This document shows, piece by piece, positions 25,994-35,665 of a DNA stretch of 64,000 bases; the stretch's first letter is position 1; the number at the start of each line of letters is the position of its first letter. A program made the translations under genes and the position numbers. This DNA comes from Planctomycetota bacterium (GTDB taxonomy: Bacteria; Planctomycetota; UBA8108; SXIK01). The stretch spans positions 4,928,001 through 4,992,000 of the forward strand of contig CBDCXR010000004.1 of NCBI GenBank assembly GCA_965223845.1, written 5' to 3'. The notes beneath the pieces were generated by a model, which worked only from the letters and a program-made list of their open reading frames with translations, ran no database searches and had not been told where the DNA came from.

Positions 25994-27505
25994 ATGCTTC
26001 GAACTCTCCTCGCGTTCTTCCTAGTTTCGAGCTGCGCGCCCGCGATCGAGGCCCGCGAAGCCCCGAACGACGAAAAGCCATCGCCGCCCAACATCGTCTT
26101 CATTTACACCGACGACCAAGCGCCGACCGCCGTCGGCGCGTCGGGGAATTCCGAAATCCGCACGCCGCACATGGACCGCGTGTTTCGCGAGGGCGCACAC
26201 CTCCTGAACTCGTTCGTCACGACGCCGGTGTGCAGCCCGTCGCGAGCCGGACTGATGACGAGCCGGTACGGAACGGAGCTCGGGATCACGGAGTGGATCA
26301 ATCCGAGGTCGGAGAAAGAGCTGGGACTCGATCCGGCGATCGCGACGTGGCCGAAGGCGCTTCAGGCCGCCGGCTACCGGACGGGTCTCGTCGGAAAGTG
26401 GCACCTCGGAACGGCGGATCGATTCCATCCGACGAAACACGGCTACGACGAATTCGCGGGTTTTCGGGAAGGCGGTGCTAAGCCGGTCGATCCCGTCCTC
26501 GAGATCGAGGGAGAGACGAAGAAGTGCACCGGGTTCACGGCTGACGTTCTCACCGACTACGCAATCGAGTTCCTCGAGCGTCATCGCGACCGCGCGTTCG
26601 CTCTGTCACTCCATTTCCGCGCGCCGCATTCGGCGTGGCTCCCCGTCGCCGAGGAGGACTGGGCGCCGTACGCCGAGCTCGATCCGGCGCTTCCCGCCCC
26701 CGACATCCCCAACCTCGACGTGAAGCGCGTGAAGCGCATGACCCGCGAGTACTACGCGAGCGTCTCGAGCGTGGATCGAAACGTCGGTCGCGTGCTCGAC
26801 GCGCTCGATCGCCTCGGCGTCTCGGAGCGTACCGTCGTCATCTTCACGAGTGACCACGGCTATCACCACGGCCATCACGGCCTCTGGTACAAAGGAAACG
26901 CCCACTGGATGACGAAGCCGCTGCCGCCCAAGAAGTGGGAGCACATCGCGCCGCGACGGCGGCCGAATCTCTTCGACCAGGCGCTTCGTGTACCGACGGC
27001 CGTGCGCTGGCCCGGCGTCGTTCGACCGGGAACGAAGATCGAGGAAACCGTGACGAACCTCGATTGGTTTCCGACCCTGCTCGCCATCGCGGGCGTCCCG
27101 CTGCCCGAGAAGGCGACGGTCCGTGGCCGGAGCTTTGTCCCGCTTCTCCGCGGCGAGAAGGTCGGCTGGGAGAATGCTTTCTACGCCGAGTACAGCATGC
27201 GCCACGGATCGAAGACGCACATGCGCTCCTGGCGCACGCCCGAGTGGAAGCTGATCGTCGACTTTCTGAATCCGGGACGGGTCGAGCTCTACGACCTCCG
27301 TGCCGACCCCGGAGAACTCACGAACGTTGCCTCACGCGAAGATTCGAGGACTCGCCGCGCCCGCGCCGTGCTCTCGATCACCATCCTCGAACACATGCGC
27401 AAGATCGGGGATCCCGCGCTGCCGCTCGCCGAGGGAAAGGGCGTGCCGGAGGGAAGCGCGGGGAAGAACGCGGAGAAGAAAACGAGCGAGAGCGACGCCG
27501 AGTAG
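25994..27505 (+). CDS. Sulfatase (Cys-type)
   Basis: PNIVFIYTDD, CSPSRAGLMTS, GKWHLG, FTSDHG. Confidence 0.92.
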   Translation: MLRTLLAFFLVSSCAPAIEAREAPNDEKPSPPNIVFIYTDDQAPTAVGASGNSEIRTPHMDRVFREGAHLLNSFVTTPVCSPSRAGLMTSRYGTELGITEWINPRSEKELGLDPAIATWPKALQAAGYRTGLVGKWHLGTADRFHPTKHGYDEFAGFREGGAKPVDPVLEIEGETKKCTGFTADVLTDYAIEFLERHRDRAFALSLHFRAPHSAWLPVAEEDWAPYAELDPALPAPDIPNLDVKRVKRMTREYYASVSSVDRNVGRVLDALDRLGVSERTVVIFTSDHGYHHGHHGLWYKGNAHWMTKPLPPKKWEHIAPRRRPNLFDQALRVPTAVRWPGVVRPGTKIEETVTNLDWFPTLLAIAGVPLPEKATVRGRSFVPLLRGEKVGWENAFYAEYSMRHGSKTHMRSWRTPEWKLIVDFLNPGRVELYDLRADPGELTNVASREDSRTRRARAVLSITILEHMRKIGDPALPLAEGKGVPEGSAGKNAEKKTSESDAE

Positions 27506-27581
27506 AGTCCGCCCGAACGCCGGTGGGCACGCTTCGGCCCGGTGCCGTTCGGTCCCTTCGGACCGGACCAGTTCCCCGGCG

Positions 27582-27609
27582 TGTAACGCGGGTCCGTTCA
27601 TCGCTATGG
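27582..27609 (+). promoter_or_regulatory. Putative promoter/operator TGTAACGC-N5-CGTT-...-CTxTxG, copy 1
   Basis: 17 of 28 ungapped identities with the minus-strand site at 33639-33666; upstream of the TolC-family gene. Confidence 0.45.
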
Positions 27610-27720
27610 CTCATGGCTATCGAACACTGTTAGGACCCTTTTCTCTGGCGGGCGCCTGCCATTCTTTCCCGAGCTCCTCCCGAATACCGCTGTCGGCACG
27701 CGAAACGAATCACGTCTCCT

Positions 27721-30537
27721 TTGCCGGCAGCGGCGCGTCTCGGCGTGACGAAGTCCTTCTCGCGTCACGGCAGCGGCTGCTGCCTCGCTAGCGCCGCCGC
27801 GTTCGCGCTTCTCACGTCGCTCACTTCCTGCTCCCGCCAGGCGTACCGCGAGCACGCCGACGACGAGGTGTACGCGCTTCTCGACGAGAAAGGCGCGGAA
27901 ACGCCGTGGGACGTCGGGACTCGTTTTACGATCGACGCGCATCCGAACGCCCGTTTCGCCGTCGCCGGCGATCCCGACGACCCGCTCCTTCCTCAACCGG
28001 GACCACGGCTCTACGGCTACGGCCTCGAGCAACTCGCTGCCGTCATCGGCGCCGCGGAACAACAGGCGCTCGGTCCCGCGGAGCCTCCACCCGACGGCGA
28101 CGGCGACGGCGCAGAGTCTGGCGACAACGAATCTCGCGATTCGGGCGCCCACTCCGAGACGAACGCCGACCGTCTTCCCGCGCAGCCGATCCCCCGGAGT
28201 TACTGGGAGGCGGTCCCCGTGCGCTGCCTTCGCCGAATGCTCGAGTTCCCGAGCGTCCGCGCGGCGTACCGGGAGCAGATCGGGGAAGCGCCACCGGCGG
28301 AGCTGGGCGACACGGCCCGGCGATTGACCCTGCGCGACATCATTGCGATCGGTCTCGTCAACAGCCGCGAGTACCAGGCGCAAAAAGAATCGGTCTACCT
28401 CGCGGCTCTCCCGCTCACTCTCGAGCGCTTCGCCTACTCGGCGAGATTCTCGTCGTCGAATCCTCTCGCGGCGAGCCATTCCGTCAGGCGCGACGATGGC
28501 TCGTACTCCGAAGCATCGAGCGTCGGCGGAAGCCTCGGCCTCGAGACGATGTTCGCTTCGGCGGGAACATTCCTCGCGCGCTTCACGAACGAACTCTTTC
28601 TCACCTACGACGGCCCCGATGGCTTCGGTCGGGACATCGCGTCAGAGCTCTTTCTCAGCTTCCACCAGAATCTTTTTCAGCGCGACGCGCGCTTCGATCC
28701 GCTCGTGCAATCGGAACGCGATCTCGTCTACGAAGAGCGAACGTTCGCCCGATTCCGAAGGGAGTTTTTCGTCGAGCTCGCTACCGAGTACTACCTTCTT
28801 CTTCAGACGTACCGGAACATCGAGATCGAGTCTCAGAACTATTTCTCTCTCGTTCGCACGTTCGAGCAGGCGCGTGCGGAGGTGCGTGCCGACGTCAAGA
28901 ATGCTCCGAACCCGGTCGCGGTGGATCAGTTCGAGCAGAGTATGCTCTCGGGGCGCAGCCGACTCGTCGCGACGTGCAACCGCCTCGAAGAGCGACTCGA
29001 CGGGCTCAAGCTGTCACTCGGCCTGCCGACGGAGACTCCACTCAACATCGATCGAACCGAGCTCGACGAGCTCACGGATCGCGATCGAGTCGAAGTCTCC
29101 GCCGAACGCGTTCAACGCTGGATGGGCCACATCGCCGATCTACGCGCGCAGACTCGTCCCGACGTCGAGGAGATCTTGAGCAGCGACATCTTTCTCGTCG
29201 AGAGACTGCTCGAGTGGCTGCGCCTCCGTCGCGACCCGGCGGGAACGGGGCTGGACCCCGAACTTCTCGAGACGCTCCTCCTTCGCTTGGAAGCCGATCA
29301 GGCGCGACTCACGGTCGAACGCCAGGGCGAGGAGAGCGCACAGATGGCGGACGCGAACGCTCCGCCCCCACGAATCCTCGTCCTCCAGAGGAGTCTCGAC
29401 GTCGCGGAGGCGACGATCGTTCTCGTCGAACGCCAGCTCGAGCTCGCCGGTCGGATCGATCGCGATCCGGACGCCGTCGACGCCGCGCGCACGCGTCTCA
29501 TGGAACGGCGAGCCGAACTGGCGGGCCTGGAGGAAAGTCTGACGGATATCGTCCGCGATCCATCCGAGGAACGCGCCCTCGTCGAACGTGCCGCAGAGCT
29601 CGTTCGCTCCCTCAACGAGCTCGTCCGAGAGCTCGACCGAATCCTCGACACGCGACCGGAGGGTCTCGAGCCCGCTGAGCGCGCTCGGCGCATCTTGGCC
29701 GAGACCGATCGTTTGCTTGCGCTCGCACGCGAGGCGATCGGACCGAGCGGGGCAGGCTTGCCGGCGCTCGGCATCGAGGTCGATGACGCGATGGCGACCG
29801 CGCTCGTTCAGCGACTCGACCTGATGAACGAACGCGGTCGACTCGCGGATCACTGGCGCCGAATCAAGCTGGCCGCGGACGATCTTCGCTCGGTCGTGAA
29901 CTTCGAAGCGAGCTATCGGATCGGCACCGAAGAAGATCAAGCGCTCAAGTTCACTGCGGAAAACAGTGAGGCGCGGGTAGGACTCTCCGTCGATCTCCCG
30001 CTCAATCGTCGGGAGAAGCGAAACTCCTATCGACGCTCGCTGATCAGCTACCACTCGGCGCTCCGATCACTTCACTCGCTCGAGGATGCGATCAAGTCCG
30101 ACGTGCGCGACGGACTGCGTACGCTGCGCGAGACACGAATTCAGTACGCCATCAGCGTCCGAAGAGCGGCTCTCGCCGCCGAGCAGGTTTTGAGCGTACG
30201 CCTCCAGCTCGCGCTCGGGGTCCCCGGCGTCCGCGGAACGGATCTCATCGACGCGCTCCAATCGTCGCGCGAAGCGCTGATCGCGGTGGCGAACGCGCGC
30301 ATCGGCTACCTGACCGAGCGCGCAACGTTCGTCCTCGATCTCGGAACTCTCCGTCTCGACGAATCCGGATACTGGACCGGCGTCAACGACAACGCGCTCG
30401 ATATCGAGCCGGAGCTCGTGTTTCCCGACGGCGCGGGTCCCACGTATGGCCCGCTGCCCGAATTCGTCCAGCTCTCCGCTGACATCAGGCGGTCGCTCGA
30501 CTTTCCACCACCCGGCGAATCGCAGGGTGAAGAGTGA
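27721..30537 (+). CDS. TolC-family outer-membrane efflux lipoprotein (large planctomycete type)
   Basis: Lipobox LTSC; NSREYQAQKESVYLAALPLTLERF, ERDLVYEERTFARFRR, QRLDLMNER, DLPLNRREKRNSYR; long coiled-coil insert. Confidence 0.82.
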   Translation: MPAAARLGVTKSFSRHGSGCCLASAAAFALLTSLTSCSRQAYREHADDEVYALLDEKGAETPWDVGTRFTIDAHPNARFAVAGDPDDPLLPQPGPRLYGYGLEQLAAVIGAAEQQALGPAEPPPDGDGDGAESGDNESRDSGAHSETNADRLPAQPIPRSYWEAVPVRCLRRMLEFPSVRAAYREQIGEAPPAELGDTARRLTLRDIIAIGLVNSREYQAQKESVYLAALPLTLERFAYSARFSSSNPLAASHSVRRDDGSYSEASSVGGSLGLETMFASAGTFLARFTNELFLTYDGPDGFGRDIASELFLSFHQNLFQRDARFDPLVQSERDLVYEERTFARFRREFFVELATEYYLLLQTYRNIEIESQNYFSLVRTFEQARAEVRADVKNAPNPVAVDQFEQSMLSGRSRLVATCNRLEERLDGLKLSLGLPTETPLNIDRTELDELTDRDRVEVSAERVQRWMGHIADLRAQTRPDVEEILSSDIFLVERLLEWLRLRRDPAGTGLDPELLETLLLRLEADQARLTVERQGEESAQMADANAPPPRILVLQRSLDVAEATIVLVERQLELAGRIDRDPDAVDAARTRLMERRAELAGLEESLTDIVRDPSEERALVERAAELVRSLNELVRELDRILDTRPEGLEPAERARRILAETDRLLALAREAIGPSGAGLPALGIEVDDAMATALVQRLDLMNERGRLADHWRRIKLAADDLRSVVNFEASYRIGTEEDQALKFTAENSEARVGLSVDLPLNRREKRNSYRRSLISYHSALRSLHSLEDAIKSDVRDGLRTLRETRIQYAISVRRAALAAEQVLSVRLQLALGVPGVRGTDLIDALQSSREALIAVANARIGYLTERATFVLDLGTLRLDESGYWTGVNDNALDIEPELVFPDGAGPTYGPLPEFVQLSADIRRSLDFPPPGESQGEE

Positions 30538-30588
30538 GCGCGCGCAGAAGCTCCCGAGTGCGTCAGCGCGAACGTCGCCGTCGCCACG

Positions 30589-31857
30589 CTACTCGTGCCG
30601 AAGCGCCTCGATCGGATCCATGAGCGCAGCGCGAAGCGCGGGGTAGACACCGAAGACGACTCCGACTCCGACCGAAATCGCGAACGCGAGCGCCACCGAC
30701 CACACTTTCACGACGGTGTCGATCTCCGACGCGGCGGAGACGATCGAGGGAGCCGTGACTCCGACGAGAATTCCGAGCAGCGCTCCGGTCGTAGAGAGGA
30801 CGAGCGTCTCGAGAAGAAACTGAACCGTTATGTCCTTCCGCTTCGCACCGAGCGCGCGCCGGACTCCGATCTCGCGAGTGCGCTCCGTAATCGTCGCGAG
30901 CATGATGTTCATGATGCCGATTCCGCCGACGAGGAGCGAGACGCCGGCGATGGAGCCGAGAACGAGGTTCCACAGCTTCTTTTCTTCTTCGGCCTGCTCG
31001 AGGAGCTCGAGGGGAACCTGAATCTCGAAGTCGTCCTTGAGCGGATGCGTCGCGTCGAGGAGGATCCGCGCCATCGCCGCCGTCTGACTCACGTGATCTT
31101 CGTCCCGCACACCGAGAGTGATCTCGGTCAGTTGGGTCTTCTCGAGCAGATCCCCGAAGCGCTGCCGGCACGTCCGGAGCGGAATGTAGATATCGTTGTT
31201 GAAGTTGTCCGAGCTGAGGGCGCCCGACTCGGCGCTGCCGCTTCCCTGCGTATCGAGGATGCCGACGACGACGACAGCGACTTCGCCGAGGAGGAGACTC
31301 CTCCCGATCGGGTCGCGGTGCCCGAAGAGTCGAGCGGCGGCACCCGCGCCGAGGACGGCGACGGTGGCGGCGCGCGAGACGTCAGAGTCGCTCAGAAACC
31401 GCCCGCGGTGAACCGCGAGCGACTTGACTTCCAGGTAGTCCGGAGTCGTCCCAAGAATGCGGGCGTTCAGCATGCGCCGCCGCGCGAAGCGTGCATCCTG
31501 GCGAACGAGCGCGAGCGGGACGGCGCGCCGAATCGTCGGAATCGTCGCTTGGATGCGCTCGAGGTCGCGGTCGAGAAGGCCGAACTCGAGCCGCTCGGGC
31601 GCAATCGACTCGGAGTTGGTGCCGCTCTCGGTCGCGGGCGCCCGCTCCGCCTTCGACTCGACCGTCCGCAGAATCACGTTCGAGGCCCCCAATCGGCGGA
31701 TCTGCTCGAGGGCGTGGCGCTTGCTTCCCTCGCCGACGGCGAGCATGGCGATGACGGAACCCGCGCCGAGGATCGTCCCCAGCATGGTGAGCGCGCTTCG
31801 CAGCTTGTGAAGGAGAAGGCTCCGAACGGCCAGCTTGAGCGTGGAAAAGCGCATCAC
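30589..31857 (-). CDS. ABC transporter permease (MacB/FtsX family)
   Basis: HKLRSALTMLG, SLLVGGIGIMNIMLATITERTREIGVRRALGA, YPALRAALMDPIEALRHE. Confidence 0.93.
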   Translation of the reverse strand: MMRFSTLKLAVRSLLLHKLRSALTMLGTILGAGSVIAMLAVGEGSKRHALEQIRRLGASNVILRTVESKAERAPATESGTNSESIAPERLEFGLLDRDLERIQATIPTIRRAVPLALVRQDARFARRRMLNARILGTTPDYLEVKSLAVHRGRFLSDSDVSRAATVAVLGAGAAARLFGHRDPIGRSLLLGEVAVVVVGILDTQGSGSAESGALSSDNFNNDIYIPLRTCRQRFGDLLEKTQLTEITLGVRDEDHVSQTAAMARILLDATHPLKDDFEIQVPLELLEQAEEEKKLWNLVLGSIAGVSLLVGGIGIMNIMLATITERTREIGVRRALGAKRKDITVQFLLETLVLSTTGALLGILVGVTAPSIVSAASEIDTVVKVWSVALAFAISVGVGVVFGVYPALRAALMDPIEALRHE

Positions 31858-33545
31858 GGCGAGCCCGACGCTGCCGGCTCCAGCGTTTCCGCGGCGCCAG
31901 AGGTCGGCTCGCTCGACGAGTTCGTCTCGTCGCGTTTCTTTTTGTCCTCGAGCTCGAGTCGCTTCGCCGCGTCGATCTGATCGATGTCGAGATCGTCCGG
32001 GATGTCCCGGTCCGGAGAGATCGCGTCCTCCGCTGCGACTTCGTTCTCCATGAGCGCGGTCGGGTTGAGGACGACGCGATCTCCTTCGTCGAGACCGGCA
32101 CGAATCTCGATGAACTTATCGTTCGTCTCGCCCAGGGTCAGAATCCGCCGCTCGATCCCGTTTCCGTTGTCGACGTAGCACCAGTTGTCACGCCGAATCT
32201 GAACGACCGCTTGGACGGGTACGCTGATGACGTCGCGGAGGAGATCGACGTGGATTTCGCAGAGCGCAGTCATCCCCGGCTTGAGGTGGTCGACTCTCTC
32301 GGTGATCTTGACGATCGTCGTATAGATCTTCGCCTTCTCTTCGGCGTCGGGAAGCACGGAGACCGAGTCAACCGTGCCGTCGTAGCTCCGCTCGGGAAAC
32401 GCCTCCACCCGGACCGTCACCGGCAGCCCACGGTGAATCTGATCGAGGACGGATTCGTGAATGCTCGCTTTCACCTGCATCCGACTGAGATCGGGGATGG
32501 AGAGGAGGTGATCGCGGAGCTGGACGGTCGACCCCTCCCGAATCCCGGGGTGCCACCGGCAGACGTGGTACGCCACCATGCCGGACTTGGGCGCGTAGAT
32601 CTTGCAGTTCTCTATGTACCGCTCGTAACGGGCCAATCGCTCCTCTTCCTTTTTTAGGGAAGCGTCCGCAGCTTCCATCGCCGCCCGCGCTTGATCGAGG
32701 AGCGCCTGGTTGTCGAGTGTCAATTGATCGAGCGCGCGCTGCGCCGATTCCCAGGCGCCGCGCAGCGCGATCTCCGTCTTCTGGTACTGATAACCGACGA
32801 GTTTTTTTCGCTTCGAGACCGCTGAAGCGAGGACGCGCTCCGCCTTGAGTGCGGACAGTCTCGCCTGCGCGAGCTCTCCGCTCGTTCGGTATCTCAAGCG
32901 GTAGAGCTGCTCGACGCCCTCAAGATTCGTCTCCTCGATGAGCTTGCTCGCTCGGGCTTCCTGGATCGCGAGCTCGACTTCCTGGAGATTGATTTGGAAG
33001 GTTCCTCCTTCCTGGTCGAGAAACTCGTCGTAGTCGAGCTTCGCCAACTGCACGAGGCGATCGGCTTCGAGCTCCGAGGTTTCGTTCTGAGTCTGCTGGT
33101 TGTTGAACCAAACATTGGCCGTGATCTGCTCCGATCTCGCCTTCTCGGTGGCGATGATCTGACGGTCGCGCCGCTCGATGTGGCCGGCGGTATTGAGCTC
33201 GACTAGAAGTTGATCCTTGGCGACGGACGATCCGTTGGGGACGACGAACTGAACCTGCGTCCCCCGCAAGTTGTCGTTCTCGATGTCGTCGACATCGCAA
33301 ATGATCCTCTCTTCGTGCTGGCTTTCGAGGTTGCCGCGTTCGGTCACGGTGATCGGGAGATCGGCACGCTTGACGACGTAGTAAATCAGTAGTTGATCGG
33401 GTGAACCGAGGCTCGCGTGGATGGCGAACGCGGTCACGACCGCCGCGATGCCGATCGTAGCGACGATGAGCCCCGCGAGAATCTTCCTCTTGGGTTCCAC
33501 CGCAGCCGGTCCGCGCGTCGAGCGGTTTTCAGAACCCGAACTCAT
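31854..33545 (-). CDS. Efflux periplasmic adaptor (MacA/HlyD-type membrane fusion protein)
   Basis: N-terminal TM; ITVTERGNLES, CKIYAPKSGMV, IPDLSRMQV, LKPGMTA, VPVQAV, GLDEGDRVVL. Confidence 0.9.
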   Translation of the reverse strand: MSSGSENRSTRGPAAVEPKRKILAGLIVATIGIAAVVTAFAIHASLGSPDQLLIYYVVKRADLPITVTERGNLESQHEERIICDVDDIENDNLRGTQVQFVVPNGSSVAKDQLLVELNTAGHIERRDRQIIATEKARSEQITANVWFNNQQTQNETSELEADRLVQLAKLDYDEFLDQEGGTFQINLQEVELAIQEARASKLIEETNLEGVEQLYRLRYRTSGELAQARLSALKAERVLASAVSKRKKLVGYQYQKTEIALRGAWESAQRALDQLTLDNQALLDQARAAMEAADASLKKEEERLARYERYIENCKIYAPKSGMVAYHVCRWHPGIREGSTVQLRDHLLSIPDLSRMQVKASIHESVLDQIHRGLPVTVRVEAFPERSYDGTVDSVSVLPDAEEKAKIYTTIVKITERVDHLKPGMTALCEIHVDLLRDVISVPVQAVVQIRRDNWCYVDNGNGIERRILTLGETNDKFIEIRAGLDEGDRVVLNPTALMENEVAAEDAISPDRDIPDDLDIDQIDAAKRLELEDKKKRDETNSSSEPTSGAAETLEPAASGSP

Positions 33546-33612
33546 AGAGATCTCGCACTCCCGTCGGAACAGCTTCGCCGCGCTCGATCCTTCGTCCTGC
33601 TCGGAACTGCCG

Positions 33613-33621
33613 TGCTACAAT
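33613..33621 (+). promoter_or_regulatory. Possible extended -10 element (TGcTACAAT) for the kinase-ECF operon
   Basis: Close match to TGnTATAAT about 60 nt upstream of GTG 33683 in a GC-rich background. Confidence 0.4.
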
Positions 33622-33638
33622 ACGGACGAACGAAGTCG

Positions 33639-33666
33639 CTAGAGAACTTAACGCCGGGGCGTTACA
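33639..33666 (-). promoter_or_regulatory. Putative promoter/operator TGTAACGC-N5-CGTT-...-CTxTxG, copy 2
   Basis: Minus strand reads TGTAACGCcccggCGTTaAgttCTcTaG, upstream of the MFP gene; contains inverted repeat TAACGCC-gg-GGCGTTA. Confidence 0.45.
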
Positions 33667-33682
33667 GAGGCATTGAGCTGAA

Positions 33683-35659
33683 GTGGACGCGTTCTTCGAT
33701 CCGAACATCTGCCCCCCGACCGACGTCCTTCGGGCGTTCGCGATCGGCGATCTAGACGGGCGACAGCTCGAAGAGGTCGCGGAGCACGTAGCGGATTGCC
33801 CGTCGTGCGAAGAGTCTCTCGCCGCCTACGACGACTACGCCGACGCCCTCGTGTCGGAGTTGAAGGACGGTTCGGCCTCGCGCGGATCCTCATCGATCAC
33901 GAGTGACGTTCTCGAAGCCGTCGAGGTCGCCGTGGCGACTCGCGGAACCGGTGCGCGCACGACGTCTCGATCGCGGTCGCGATCGAGCGGCGCGTTCGAT
34001 CCCGGCCGAGCCTTTGCGAAGCGTCTGGCCGACGGTCCGGTTCGCCTCGGGCGATTCGAGCTCAAGACCGAGCTCGGCGCCGGCTCCTTCGGCTACGTCT
34101 TTCACGCGCGCGATCTCGAGCTCGACCGCGACGTCGCAGTCAAGATCGGTCGAGCCGGTTGTCTCGGGGGTGAACAGGACGTCCACGCGTTCCTTCGCGA
34201 AGCGCGCGCCGCGTCGCAGCTTTCCCACCCGAGCCTCGTCGCGATCCACGACGGCGGTCAAACCGATGACGGCGTGTGCTTTCTCGTCAGCGAGTATATC
34301 GAAGGCGAAACTCTCGCCGCTCGGCTGCGCCGCGAGGTCTTCACGCCGGATCGCGCCGCGAGACTCATCGCGGATCTCGCCGACGCCCTCGAGTACGCCC
34401 ACGCCCGCGACATTGTTCACCGCGACGTCAAGCCGTCGAACATCCTTCTCGACGAAGACGACCGTCCGCACCTCACCGACTTCGGTCTCGCGAAGCGGCT
34501 GGCGGCCGACCAGAGCCCCACCGCGAATGGACTCGTCCTCGGCACGCCGGCGTACATGTCTCCCGAGCAAGCGCGCGGCGAATCGCACGCGGTCGACGCG
34601 CGAAGCGACGTCTACAGCCTCGGAGTCGTCCTCTACGAGATGCTCACGGGTGAGCGACCGTTTCAGGGGCGCGATCGACTCGCGCTCCTCCAAATGCTCG
34701 AGGAAGAACCTCGCCCGCCGCGGGTGTTGAACGCTAGCGTTCCGAAGGACCTCGAGACGATCTGCCTGAAGGCGATGGCTCGAAGTCCCAGTCGGCGTTA
34801 CCCGGCGGCCAGCGAGTTCGCGGCCGATCTCCGACGGTTCCTCGGAGGTGACGCCATCGCAGCGCGCCCCGTCGGTCGAAGCGAGCGACTCTGGCGCTGG
34901 TGCCGGAGGAATCCGCTCGCCGCGAGCGTGATTGTCGCCGTTGCCACGGGCTCGATCGCAGGCTTCGGATTCCTGTCGCACCTTTCGACCTGGTTCGTGC
35001 AGGAGACGGCGCTCGACGGCGTGCGGCGCGAAGTCGACCTTCTCGAAGGGATCAACGCGTACTACAGCGAGGACGTCCTCGATCTCCATCGCCTCCCTCG
35101 AGCTCACTGGGACAAAGGCGAGGCGTCCGCAGAAGGTCGAGACGCGATCCAAATCACGCACGAGTATGCAAAGGTGGAAAATGCGCTTCCGTATCCGAAG
35201 ACGTTCACCATCGACGCCGCCGCACGGATCAACACGAACATTCCCGGCATGCAGGTGAAGCTCTACAGCCGGCATCCGTGGCGGCAGCACGACGGCCCGG
35301 CGAACGACTTCGAACGCACCGCGCTGACCGAGCTCCACGCAGGCAAGACACACGAAGGAGCACCGCTCGAGTACTTCGAGTTTTGGGAGGACGACGGCCG
35401 TCCGCTCGTGAGCTACGCGCGCGCCCAGATCATGAAGGACAACTGCGTCAACTGTCACAACACGCACGCGAGCAGTCCGAAGAAGGATTGGCAGGTCGGC
35501 GACGTCGCAGGGATCCTCGCCGTCACGCGTCCGCTCGATCGCGACATCGAGCGGACGCGGTCCGGCCTGCGCGGCGCGTTCTGTCTCGTCGCGACGATCG
35601 GTGCCGCGCTGCTCTCGCTGTCGTTCTTCTTTCGTCCCCGCCGACCGCGAGCTCGTTGA
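33683..35659 (+). CDS. Hanks-type Ser/Thr kinase with N-terminal zinc finger and periplasmic heme-c (DUF3365/Tll0287-like) domain
   Basis: HVADCPSC; LGAGSFGYV, VAVK, HRDVKPSN, DFG, GTPAYMSPEQ; TM; PYP...MKDNCVNCHNTH...WQVGDVAGIL; second TM. Confidence 0.9.
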   Translation: MDAFFDPNICPPTDVLRAFAIGDLDGRQLEEVAEHVADCPSCEESLAAYDDYADALVSELKDGSASRGSSSITSDVLEAVEVAVATRGTGARTTSRSRSRSSGAFDPGRAFAKRLADGPVRLGRFELKTELGAGSFGYVFHARDLELDRDVAVKIGRAGCLGGEQDVHAFLREARAASQLSHPSLVAIHDGGQTDDGVCFLVSEYIEGETLAARLRREVFTPDRAARLIADLADALEYAHARDIVHRDVKPSNILLDEDDRPHLTDFGLAKRLAADQSPTANGLVLGTPAYMSPEQARGESHAVDARSDVYSLGVVLYEMLTGERPFQGRDRLALLQMLEEEPRPPRVLNASVPKDLETICLKAMARSPSRRYPAASEFAADLRRFLGGDAIAARPVGRSERLWRWCRRNPLAASVIVAVATGSIAGFGFLSHLSTWFVQETALDGVRREVDLLEGINAYYSEDVLDLHRLPRAHWDKGEASAEGRDAIQITHEYAKVENALPYPKTFTIDAAARINTNIPGMQVKLYSRHPWRQHDGPANDFERTALTELHAGKTHEGAPLEYFEFWEDDGRPLVSYARAQIMKDNCVNCHNTHASSPKKDWQVGDVAGILAVTRPLDRDIERTRSGLRGAFCLVATIGAALLSLSFFFRPRRPRAR

Positions 35660-35665
35660 GCGCCG

